This document shows, one piece after another, positions 1-12,400 of a DNA stretch of 64,000 nucleotides. The DNA comes from Camelus dromedarius. Taxonomy: Eukaryota. Position 1 is the first letter of the stretch; every line of letters begins with the position of its first letter. A program made the position numbers and the translations under genes. The notes beneath the pieces were generated by a model. That model was not told the DNA's origin and ran no database searches. It saw only the letters and a list, made by a program, of their open reading frames with translations. Location: positions 83,206,001-83,270,000 of the forward strand of contig NC_087436.1 of NCBI RefSeq assembly GCF_036321535.1, written 5' to 3'.

Positions 1-940
1 GTGCCAAACCTGTGACATACTGCTGAGAGGTCAAGGAAGATGAACACAGAATTTGTTTTTGCTTTGTCAAGACTCAGTCGTCCCAGGAACAGAGGATGAA
101 AGTGGACTGAGTGGGATGGGCAGAGAATAGATGGGGATAAGTGGAAACAAAGACTGTGATGGTTCTGAGAAGTTTTGTTGCGAAAGGGAGTAGAGGGCAG
201 TGGGAGGGTTTCGTTGTTGTTTAGAGAAGTGATAGTAAGGTCTGTTTGTTCGCCAGGGAGAATGATCCAGTTCCGTAGGAGAAAGTGTCGAAGCGTGAGA
301 AAGACTGAGTAATTGCAAAGGTCACGTCCCAGAATAGGATGGAGGAAGCAGGGTCCAGTGCAGAATGTAGGGCTTTGGGCAGTTTTTATGCCATTCTGAG
401 GAGGAACAGCGGAGATGAGGGTAGGTTGCTGGTGGGAAGGTGATTAGTTCCTGCCCAGTTGCTTCAGTTTTCTCAGTGTTGCGCAAAGCACGGTCCTCAT
501 CTGAGACTTAATGAAGTGGAGGACCGCTACAGGTTTAGGAATAAAAGGAAGGTGTGCAGGAGTGTCTCAGAGTGAGAAAGCGCACATCGTGGGAGGTTAC
601 TAGACAGTGTAGAGTGCCCACGTGAAATCTGTGGTAGTAGATTTAAGGTGAAATCACTCAGCACGGTTGTTTGTTTTTCTCCATTGATGTTGAGTTGCTT
701 GGATTCCTTTGGATAATCCAGAGTTGAGGTTAACTACAGATGGACTTTTTCTAGGTAAGTACAACAGAAAAGGGACAGAAGACTTGGAGGTATTTGCAAA
801 GGACGATTAAAGTGCTAACCATAGAATCTGAGCTGGGTAAGAAAAACGTGAGAAGGGTGATGGATAATGAACAAACCGTAGGGTCAGTGGATTGGAGAGC
901 CCAGTGGCCTCAAATAATGTTAAAGTGGGCTCCACTCTAA
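1..940 (-). mobile_element. Degenerate LINE-2 fragment (probably resumes ~1430-2220)
   Basis: Purine-rich sequence resembling antisense L2 (gaggtcaaggaagatga..., gagaagttttg..gaaaggg); boundaries approximate. Confidence 0.5.
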
Positions 941-946
941 AGTAAG

Positions 947-1392
947 TGCCTTAGTCTGCTCAGGCTGCTGTAACAAAACACCATTGATTGGGTGGTTTAT
1001 AAACAGAAATCTATTTCTCACAGTTTTGGAGGCTGGGAAGTCCAGGATTAAGATTCTGGCACTTTTGATGTCTGATGAGGGTCTGCTTTCTGGTTTATGG
1101 CTGGCTCTCTTCTCAGTGGATCCTCAAGTGGCAGAAAGAGTTCTCCATGATCTGTTATAAGGGCTCTAGTCCCATTCATGAGGGCTCCACCCTCATGACC
1201 CAGTTGCCTCCCAAAGACGCCACCTCCTAAGGCCATCACATTGGAGCTTAGGATTCCAATGTATGAATTTCCGGCGGGGCAGAAACACTCAGTCCACAAC
1301 ATTCTTTCACTGCCTCCCCCAATTCATGTCCTTCTTGCATGCAAAATATATCCCATCCCAATAGCCCCAAAGTCTTAATTCATTCCAGCATC
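947..1392 (-). mobile_element. MaLR LTR (MLT1A-like)
   Basis: ttagtctgctcaggctgctgtaacaaaacacca...atttctcacagttttggaggctgggaagtcca...cccattcatgagggctccaccctcatgacc. Confidence 0.8.
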
Positions 1393-1531
1393 ATAGAAGT
1401 TAGACTGGAGTCCCACTCTGAAGTAAGTGAATTAGGATAGTGTATGACGATCAGAGAGGAGAATGTTTCCAATACAGAAGATGGAACAGTTATTGATGAC
1501 TATAAAGTACAGAATGTCACCTGTGTCTGGG

Positions 1532-1761
1532 GCAGTACTTTTCAACTAGGAGTGATTTTGCCCCTCAGGAAACATTTGGCACTGTCTGAGGTCATTTTAG
1601 GTTGTCGTAACTGAGGAGGGGGCATGTGTGTTAGGGTGACTGCTACTGCCATCTAGTGTCTAGGAATGCTGCTAACGTCCCACAATGCACAAGACAGCCA
1701 GCCCCTCACCGCAAAGAATTACCTGACACAAAATGTCAATTGCATCAGTTTAGAAACCCTG
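1532..1761 (+). mobile_element. MER20-like hAT DNA transposon
   Basis: cagtacttttcaact..gtgattttgcccctcagg..acatttggc...aaaatgtcaat...gaaaccctg. Confidence 0.8.
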
Positions 1762-2431
1762 ATCCGGGATATGGGTGACTGAGGTGGATCAGGGAAAAGA
1801 GAGGAGACAAGATCAAGAATTGAGAGATCAAGGTGGGAAATAGATCGTGTTTACTAACTTTGAATTTGCCAAGAATGACGGGAAGAATGGTGACAGGCAT
1901 GGTTGTGCTGAGGAAGACAGTCAGCAAGGTGCTGACGTTTTCAACAACTGAAGCGCAGTGACTACGTCTTTGGGAAGCGGTTATAGAAGAAGGGGAGGAA
2001 GACGATATAGTCTGATGTCATGCACTTCAGAGGAGACGGGATTCTGAAGAAGAAAGTAGAAGAAATGGCATGGAAATGCCAACAGGGAGCGCTCATTGTC
2101 CTGAGGTTCCTGGGATGTCGGAGGGAAAACAGCTTCCTCCTGATTGAACTCCAGGGGACACCCAGGACTCAGATCAAGAAGGTGAAGGGAACTTAGGGAG
2201 TCATGGTTACACATCTTTTTCAAGAGGTCTTTATTTAAGCATTAAACAAAAGTGATGCAGAATTTCCTGATTCATTACAAGTTCATTGGAGGCAGAGGTA
2301 TAATACGGAGCAGAGCACTGATGTCTTTGGAAGACTATATCAGAGACAAACTTTTCTTTCCAGACATTGATTTTTGACACCTCTGGCTGTCTTATTTATT
2401 ACTTAGTGTATGTATGTTTTCCTGATTATTC

Positions 2432-2907
2432 TTTTTTTTTAAATTGAAGTATAGTTGATTAACAATGTGTTAGTTTCTGGTGTACAGCATAGTGATTCAA
2501 TTATACACATATATATATGTATTCTTTTTCATTATAGGCTATTACAAGGTATTGAATACAGTTCCCTGTACTGTACAGTAGGACCTGATTGTTTATCTGT
2601 TCTGTATATAGTAGTTCTTAGTAGAAGTAAGCTGAATAGTAGTCAGTATCTGCTAATCCCAAACTCCTAGTTTATCCCTCCCCCTTTCCCCTTTGGTAAT
2701 CATAAGTTTGTTTTCTATGTCTGTGAGTCTGTTTCTGTTTTATAAATAAGTTCATTGTGTTATTTTTTAGATTCCACATATAAGTGATATATGATACTTG
2801 TCTTCCTTTGACTTACTTCGCTTAGTATGATAATCTTTATGTCCATCCATGTTGCTGCAAATGGCATTATTTTATTCTTTTTGTATGGCTGAGTAGTATT
2901 CCATTGT

Positions 2908-2958
<51 letters not shown>

Positions 2959-3055
2959 CAGATATACCACATCTTTATTCAGTCCTCTGTCGATAGACAC
3001 TTCCAGGTCTTGGCTATTGTAAATAATGCTGCTATGAACATTGGAGTGCATGTAT
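2432..3055 (-). mobile_element. Artiodactyl-type L1 3' end containing a (TG)n microsatellite
   Basis: PolyT plus aaattgaagtatagttgatt..., tccatccatgttgctgcaaatggc; the same family occurs at 18444 and 32077. Confidence 0.8.
2911..2954. repeat. (TG)~22 microsatellite
   Basis: Directly visible. Confidence 0.95.
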
Positions 3056-3301
3056 CTTTTTTTTTTTTTCTTTAAACATCTTTATTGTGGTATGGTTCCT
3101 GCACAGTAAACTACACATATTTCAGATATACAATTTGATGAATTTTGATAGATGTATACACCCATGAAACCACCACCACAATCAAGATAGATAACATTTC
3201 TATCACTCCCCAAGGGGTGCAATTTTTGAATTCCCAGTTTATCCCTTCCCACCCCCTTTACCTGCTACACTGACCTGTTTTTTTTTCTTTCTTCCTAGAA
3301 G

Positions 3302-3423
3302 GATACTAGTTCCACCAGTGTTTCCAGGAAAATCCTGCCAGAAATAAGCCGAATTAACCAGTCCCTGATAGAAAAATGGAAGGCAGTGGCAAGACGAAGT
3401 ACAGAATATGAAGTGGCTGAGAG
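3302..3423 (+). CDS. HERC6: HERC6 exon (122 nt; alternative acceptor at 3299)
   Basis: ttcctagaag|GATACT...GAGAG|gtggct; [40 protein letters not shown]. Confidence 0.88.
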
Positions 3424-6400
3424 GTGGCTCTGTCTGATAAATTAGAAACCATTTTTATTTGATTCTGGAAGGCTTGGTATTTTATCCTAGACATAAGAAA
3501 GAGGGTTTGGTTTTATTATGAAGGCATTTGCATTTTAACCATGATTCTCTTCTACCATCTCTTAGTTTGAAGAAGTCATTGATGTATTCATTCATTCATC
3601 ATTTATTTATTTAACAGAGATTTATTGAGGATGTACAGTATCCCAGGCACTTTGATAGGTGAGGGAGAGGCAGGAGTGAATCAAAAATGCTTTGTCCTAC
3701 ACAGCCTTCACTAAGGTGACTGTTATTATAGCTTCATAGTTTATTCTCTGGAGCTCCAGAAGTTTCTGTTTTCAGAAGGATGGGTTTTACTTAAATCCAG
3801 ATGTCTTGATCAAACCAACTGTGAAGAGTTTTGGTGAGAGTGAGCAGTAACATGCACAAGGTATACCCAGAATTTGGAAGACTCTTAAGGGAGTAGTTAT
3901 TTTCATTAATTAGGACTCTGCATCACCCGTTATATATTCAGTAAGCTAAAAGGGACAAGCTTTTAGTATGCTGTGACTTACCCCTATCTTATTACTTTTG
4001 CAGTGAAATTAGAGTGATATTTTCATCTCCTGCTTGTCTGACTGCAAGTTTCTTAAAGAAAAGGTAATATTTACATGAGATTTTACATTTATTTAAAATG
4101 CTGGTGAGTACTTGAAATGTTTCGACTTAGTCATTTTAATTTGAGAATTTTGTTGTCTCTGAACAAAAAATCCGTCATAAACAACTCCATAGGTTGTTAC
4201 AGAATTTTTCTATTTTGTAAAGTAATTTCCACTTGGTTTTGTGGAAGGCATTTGGATTTTAACCATGATTCTCTTCTACCATCTCTTAGTTTGAAGAAGT
4301 CATTGATGTATTCATTCATTCATCATTTATTTATTTAACAGAGATTTATTGAGTACTTGGACCACTGCAAGTTGTAATTTCTAATTTACATTCTTTGCTT
4401 CCTTTGCCCTGCCTTCCTCTGTTATCTGATTGGCAGGAATGGTGTGTTTTCAGGATCTTTGTATCTCAGAGTAATCAGTTCATTCTAACATTGCTTTAGT
4501 ACTTCAAGGCCAAGGCTGTACTTTGCAGTTCTTAGGATGAAATCAGTAAGGAAAGCAAATCCTATTTATTTTATCTTTAACTAGCCTGACTACCACAGAG
4601 GAAAACCTTAACTGCTCTCCTATTTGGTTTGACCCTTGGTCTGATCCAGTAGTTTAAACAGTTCCTCTGTGAAATGCTCAATGTTTGGTCTTGTTCCTTC
4701 CCCTCCCTATTTGCTCTCCCATTACTGTGCCTGGGAACTGTGAAAAGATAAAGTGAGGCATATTAAAAATTTTAGGAGTTTATTTGAGTGAACATCCATT
4801 GGAATCATGTAGCATCAAGTTGGAAGTGGTTGAATGTTCCACTGGCAGGAGCTCCGGAGAGACATATAGAAAAGGTGCAGAAAAAAAGAAAGGAAATTAT
4901 TTGATTGGCTGTAGCTTAAAGACTCATTGGCTGTTTGTGGTTGGTCACCCTTAGGTTTTTTGGGGTTTAAAAAAATTTTTTTTGGTTTATTTATTTACTT
5001 TAATTCCAGTGCTGAGGATTGAACCCAGGACCTCGTGCACTCTACCACTGAGCTATACCCTTCCCCAGTTGCCCTTAGGTTTTGATTTCGTAACTTTGAG
5101 GCAAGTACTAGCTTGGATTTTGGTTTGCTTGCGTAGGCCACCATGGCATTAGAGTGTTATGGCCTCCTTGCTTAATTAATTTAGTAGTATTTAAGGGAGG
5201 CGAGGAGGGATAGCAGCATAAAGAGGCCCTTAGGTTGCCCTCTGTCTTCTCTGGAGGCTGGTGCCCTGCAGGTCTGACTGCAGCTGGTGTAAATCATCCC
5301 AGTTCAACTTTGCTAGTTCGGGTCCTGTCCCTCCCTTGTTGACTTGGCTTCCGGTTGGCTCGCTGGTTTAGAAGATAGCTGTACACATCTTGTACCCCAT
5401 CCTGGCCACTAGGTGGTACTCGCTTAACCCCTGTTGCAGGTATTTCTTTCCCGTATGGAATCCCTTGGGTTCTTAAGCCAGCTGCATCTTCAGTCACTTC
5501 TTAGGAAGACTCAAGGAACTGTTGGGTCCAAAAGCCGCCCCTGGGAACCAGAGACGCTCAGGGAGGCTGAATGTTATGTCTTCCTCCTGGCAGCTCATCA
5601 GGCAGTTATCTTTCTCAAGTCCAAAAAGGCACCCCTGTTCATCTCTGCATATCCTGGCCAAGGGCAGAAGAAAAACCAAGACACTGCTTACCTCCGCCTT
5701 GATTTCTCTCCCATTTGTCTTTCTCTTCTTGACGTCCTCCTAGACTGGAAAGGGGGGAGTCTACCATTCAATGTATCCTCTTTCTTCCCCACTGTAGCCA
5801 CAAACTAATTCTCATTACGTAGGAGAATCATTTCTACACTAAAAATATTATCTTTCTAAAGTGTCAAAGTGTCCTTGCCCCCTTCCCAGGAGTGATAAAC
5901 CTCAAGATTTGATCTTAGGATGCCAAAGGATGCAAGGAGAATTTATTTCAAAGGGAAATTTACAATACTTTTAGTACCTGCATAAATGTTTTAGCCCTAG
6001 TATTGCAATTGTTTGGTTAATCCAGTAAGCATGAAATATTTCTTAATAGTACATTATGAAAAAAATTGCTTGACAGAAGGCGGGCTCTTCAAATATTACC
6101 AACACAACCCAGGGAAACACCACACCTAGGCAAAGCCTTGGTATTTCTGAGAGGAATGGCCAGGTCTGAATTTTTTTAAATGGGTTTAGATTAAGGCAGG
6201 TGCTTCAGTGTGGGAAGGGGAGGTTGGGAGCTTGATTAGGATTGGGGAAGGATTCCACAATTCAAGACACAGGAAAACAGCAAGGCAAGGATTTTGAGGC
6301 AAGAAATTCAAAGAATTTAAGGGCGTAAACTGTTGATTGCTTTCCTTGGAAGAGTTAATGGATCTTTTCAGGAAGCTCCTATAATGAACAATCAAGACAT

Positions 6401-9400
6401 TTGCCTGGGCAAGAGTGCCTTGGAATAGTAAAGTCATGCTAATGAAACAGTGGAATCCCTAAGTCATGTAAATATAGATGGTAAATTGTGTGGGGGTTAG
6501 GGAGTTTCAGCTCTCAGTGTGCAGGCTGAGTGTGAGGGTAAATGGTTTCAGTTCTCAGATACAGCCTGTAAACTTTTGCTAAAGCTGCAGCCCAAACTTG
6601 AGATAATAAATTGTTACCTACTCTCTTTTCGGAGAATATAAATTTTATAATTTTTTGTGCCAATTGATTATTTCAAAAGGAGGCAAGCTTTAAGGAAAAA
6701 GATTATATCTGATGTGTAGTAAAATAAAATGATGCATAATGATATATGAAGTTAGAAATATTCCTTTCCATCTGCTTATGTGTGTGTGTGGTTTTTTTTG
6801 TTTGTTTGTTGTTTTTTTTTTTTTTTTTTTGCATTTCTTGCATCCAAAGAGAATCTAGGGAAACGATTTCCGGTGATGTGGACTTACAAATGGCAAGAGA
6901 TGCCTTCGAGAAATTAACAACAGAGGAATGGATTTCTTCTTTGGTAATAACCAATATGTACTTGAGAAATAGAGCAATAGAATTTCCTTACAAGAACCAA
7001 TATGAATGCAGTTCCATTGTACTGGGAGGGAGTGAAATGGAATTGTGATGGGGAGGGGACTAGTGTTTATTATGAGGTTACTGTGTACCAGCTACTATAT
7101 TAGATACTGGCATTTATATTCTTACTGAACTCTTGAACATATAGTAGGTACAGTATTTTTTTCAATGTGAGAAAGCCAATGCTTGAGAAGTATAACTTAT
7201 GAAAAGAACACTAGTTTGGGAAGCAGGGTACCCTTATCTGGACTGGGAGGCTGAAAAGCCCGCTTTCTGTTTTGAGATGAATCTCAAATCTAGTTGAGAT
7301 GAATCTGCTACTGATTCATCCCTTATTCTCCTTGGGCCATGTTTTTTTTAACCTATAAATTGAGTTTACCTTTAAGGTCCATTTTAATTTCATGTTCTGT
7401 GATTCTGGGTTGTGTTGGGAGGAGAACTTCCCCTCTACCAGTTTAGGTTCATATATTTGAGGACCTATCAGCTAACAATAGACAGATTAACAGGATAAAA
7501 GTTACTCATGCAGAGTAGCTAGGGATGAGGGTTAATATACCAACTTTAGGGAAGGAGGAGGAAGGGCTTCTGTGGGAAAACAAATGGACTTTTCAGGGAG
7601 ACAAATGGGCTTTTAGGGGGACAAATGGAAGCTAGGATAGCTTGTGATAGTTCGTTGATGTCATTTCTCATCCAAGTGCAGATGTATGGTCTTCCTGGCC
7701 GAGAAGCTTGCTTGCCCGCCCACTCGGGAGGGAATTTATAGCTGCTTCACACTCTGCCTTCAGTCAAATGAGGAGAGCTCGGTAGGCTCCTTTGTGCATC
7801 AGGTGTATCTCAAATGTCTCCAGTTTAAAGTCCCCTTCATACCGTTTAGGTCCCTACATTTGGAAGGGAAAGGGGGAAGAGGGTTCCTTAATATGCGATA
7901 GAAACTGTTTTTATGTTCAACATAAAAAAGTAAGAATAGTAAGTGTTATCAACTATATTTGGAGCAGGTATAGCTCAGTGGTAGAGTGCGTGGTTAGCAT
8001 GCAGGAGGTCCTGGGTTCAATCCCCAGTACCACCATTAAAAAACCCCCAAAACTAATTACCTCCACCTCCCCCCAAAAAAACCCCACAAACAAACAAACA
8101 AACAAAATTAAGGATATTTTAAAAATAACTATTTAGGGGGTGTGGGAGATGACTTCAGGTGCTCTTCCCAGTGTGAGTCCTAAGAAACATTAGTGTCACA
8201 GAATGCTCCATGAAAAAGGGTTAAGCAGCTTTGGGAACATTATGGAGTCATGATGCATAAAAGTAAATCAAAGATTCTATGATGTCACACACCAAAAGAA
8301 ATTAGCTTTTTTGACACTATTTTTTTCAAAGTTATCTGACTCTGTGACACTATTTTCTCATTTACGCCTACTAGCGTTCCACAGATGTCGACATATGAAA
8401 AAACAAATTGTAAGAACTTTAATGTAATAATAGTCATATCCAGTACTCCCGGTTGATTGTTGCATGTATCATCTTACTTAACCTTTACGACATGTTGAGG
8501 TAGATACTCACAGTTAAGAGTACCCAAGATCTGTTAGAAAGAATTAATATGCCATTGGTTCAAAAACTGGCCCTCTTGATGAAATATTGGCCCCCGTCCC
8601 TGACGAGCCAAATAACTCAGAGACAAGGTCTTAGGGCTTAGAAGAAAAGAGGCAGCTTTATTGCTTTGCCGGGCAAAGGGGACTCACAGCAGGCTAGTGC
8701 CTTCAAAACTATGAACCGTCTTGGGGTTGGGGCTTAGTAATTATATAGATGAACAGGTTGAGGCATGAAAGGTGATAACAGCAGGTGGGAGCATAAAAGG
8801 AGGTAATCAACAAGGGTCACTGATGAAACTTCCTCCTAAGTCTTGATGAGTCTGTCTGATTTCATGGGACTTCCCGGTGATCTGGAAGGTCATCAACCCA
8901 TGACCTCTATATCTGGTCAGACTCATCCGGTGCTACGGAGGAACTCTGGGGGGTCTGGTCATTCTCCTGCGGTGATCGTCCTGTGACTCCCTTCCTGGGG
9001 AATGACTCAAATGCCAAACATGATTGTAATTATCAGAGTAAGGTAAAATCGAACAGTAGTATCAACAACTTTTGCTTTATCGGTGGGCCTGGGGCTGGGC
9101 AGTCAGGTTTGTTGATTGTTCTAAAAGCAAGCAGTAAGCATAAAGCCACGAATTTGTTAGCCTAAGTGTGGCCATTTTATTATTTCTCCTTCAGTCCCTG
9201 TGCTCAGAGGACAAGCGAAGATTGAAGAAAGAGGCAGGCCACTCCAGATTAGAAGGTGGCAGTTTTAATAAGCAAGGGAGCTTACTTACGAGGCTTGTCT
9301 TGGGTGGCCACAAGATGAGTAGATCTCTGCACCCAGCCACCAGAATCTTGAAGTTTATATAGTGGCATTAACTGCTGGGTTCAGTCACGTATACTGTCCA

Positions 9401-12400
9401 GATGGTCTCAGCAACAGCTTACTCTCTCAAGGCTGCATCCTTGGAACAGCTCCCATGGTGGGAACAGTGGACAGACGGTACATTCCAAACACAGGGGAGT
9501 GGGTGAGGAGCCTTTGATCGCCCAGGTCCAGCGTGAGGGTTAGTGGGCAATCACATCCTCTTGATTACCTCCTCCAATGTAAGCTGTTATAACTAACAAC
9601 ATCCAAATCTCCATGGCTTATTAACCCAATGAAGATTTTTTTCTCGCACCATAGTCCAATGAGGGTTGAGATAGGAGGCACTTGTAGGGAAGGAAAAAAA
9701 ATATTTTTCCTCTCATCTTAGTTTCATTGGCTGAGGCCCTGAAAAAACACAGAGAAAAGGCAGCTTCACAAGAGAAAAACAAACAAGTTTATTAATAGGT
9801 GCATCCCACAAATACACAGAAGTGCTCAGTGGTGAGTACCTTAAAGGAGTGGCTAGAATTTGGGCTTCTATAACATCTCAGCGAAGAACAATAATTTTGT
9901 AGAGAAGTGAGAGGCCAAAGGAAAAGGATTTTGAGCTTTTGGGTGGCAAACTATGGGAAGAAAGTAACGGTGGAGAAGGGCTAATTAGGCAGGTTTGTCA
10001 TGTAGAGTCTTACTCAGTGCCAGCTCACTTCAGCTTATAAGGGTGTCGCTATGCCCTTCCAGGTACAGGAAGTTGGGGACAGGAAGGCACCTTCACAAGG
10101 GGAATTTATGTTCTGCTTTTAGGTGGATGAGGGAGGCCAGAGAGCTTGTTCTATGTCGGCCTTTTTCTCACTTGCCTTCAGCTCAAAATAATCTGGGTGT
10201 CAGAGCAGCATATTTTGGGGGTGGCAGATTCCACTACCCTTCCCACTATTGCCCAGATTCATCCAGGGGTGACTCATGCTCCTTCTCTCTGGAGTTCTAG
10301 GCCCCAAGGCCATGAAATTCTCCACAAGATCTTTTGTGTTTGGCTGGCAGATGAGGAAAGAGGATATGGAAGGGGCATCCATCACCTTTACTCACATTCC
10401 ATAGCTAGAAACACCATCTTCCTGTGAGCCCAGAAGGAGGATTGACAGCATTGGTGAGGTGAACAGGTGGCATTTTCTCTGCCACGGTGGATTTTAGGTC
10501 AGATAGAGCTGGGTATGGATGCCTTCTAATCGAGCAGCCTTCACGATTTTATTCAGTATGTCCATGCATCTGATTTCACTTTTTTTCCCTTCATTCACCC
10601 CAATATAAAATAAGGACGATAGTTCTCACTTATGGCTTCAGGGGCATTTGAGATACAAGGAATGATGGAGTTTGAACAGCAGGTGTCGGGAAAACTAAAT
10701 GATTATTTCATTTGGAACATGGTGGAATGAAACCTCTGGTCCAATAGCTTGTTTCTTACATTACTCTGGGTCTTTCCCTGATACTGTTTCAACCACAGAT
10801 AACTACATATCTCAAGGATAATCTGCTCAGAGCTCTTCCATCTCGTTCTCCACACGAAGAAGCATTATCAGTTTTCCTTCTGCTCCCAGAGTGTCCTGTG
10901 ATGCATGATCCGAGGAACTGGATGACTCTGGTGGTTCCATTTGCAGAGACTGTTTATATCATGATGGGCCAGCCTTTACAAGTCCTGAGTAAGTTTGATC
11001 GTTTTTGTGTCACGTTTTCTGCACTCTCAATAGAGAGTCACTGTCTGAAGCAGAATCTGTAGCAAATTTTAGATAGAAGATTTCAAAATACCACACAGAT
11101 GTTTGAGTATGTGGTATGTGCATTATTGAAAATATTAACCTAAAATTGTCAAATCCAAGTTTGTGTGCCTGACACACAGCGAGGCCAAACAAACCAAAAC
11201 ATCAGAGTTTGAGGCAGAGAAATGTTTATTGCAAGGGCCAAGCAAGGAGAATGGGTGGTTTATGCTCAAAAGACCCGAACTCCCTGATGGATTTCAGGGA
11301 AGAGTTTTTAAAGGCAAATTTGTATTTGCCTTTAACAGGGTGGTATTCCAGGAATCTCAATCATCAGCTTTCTGGTTGTGACCAGTCTGGGGTCCAAGTG
11401 CTTGTGCTCAGCCCAAAGTTACCATCCTCCACCTGCATGGGGGTCTTATTTCCTGTAGAAGAACTCTGAGACTTGTGTCAGATTGTTACGTAAATCCCTT
11501 GAGGAGGAACCAGGACCCTGCACCATTGCTGCACTATTTTTTCTTGACTGCCTTTCCTTTGTTCCTGCATTTTCTCACTTCCCTAATTAGTAACTGTTTG
11601 AGTCTGCCCTTTGGAATGCAGGGAAGGTCTAGAGGCTGAAGCCTTTTCCCTGCAAATAAGAATTGGGGGACAGGGAAAGGCTTTGGTACCCAGAGGGCCC
11701 CACAGGGTCCTGCTTGGTTTCAAAGCTGTTACAATCATATTCTTATTATTACAAAGCATATGTAATTCTTGACTTGGACATGGCTTTGACATCAGAGCTT
11801 AATAACCAAAGAGTATCCAGTCAAGATAAATCCATACTTTAAAACTTTTTGTTTATATTGTTTTAAAACTTAAGACATTTTGACCAGAGGTGAGGGGGAA
11901 ATGTTTAACTTTGCCTTCTTGTTTTTTATTTTATTCAATACTATGGGATGTCCTTCTATAACTTTGAGCTAATGTTGAAGGTCCAAAGCTTTAAAAGGTA
12001 CAAAGGTGAAATATACAGTGAAATTTAAGCCACCCAGTTCCCCTCCCAGAAAGCAGTTACAGAATAGAGTTTCTTGTGTAACCTTTGAAAGACATTCTCT
12101 CTATATAAAAACATATAGAAATGTATTCTTTTTTTAAATGATAGCATACCATTCACATTCTTTGGCAACTTGCTTTTTTTCACTAAACACTTATATCATG
12201 GAGATCGTTATGTTACAGAATCTGTAGAACTGCCTTCTTCTGTTTAATGGCTGAATAGTATTCCTTTGGGAGAATATACATGAATAGTTGTTTCTAAATT
12301 TTTGCTATTATAACAGTTCTAACATTCATTTCTTCCTGTATATATATAAATTTACACAGGCAGGGAAGTTTCCAGAAAGCACAATTACTGGGTCAAATTG

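Noticed and set aside
7961..8035. Apparent tRNA-Ala gene
   Set aside because: It has stem mismatches, an A-rich tail and five related dispersed copies, so it is a SINE and not a tRNA gene.
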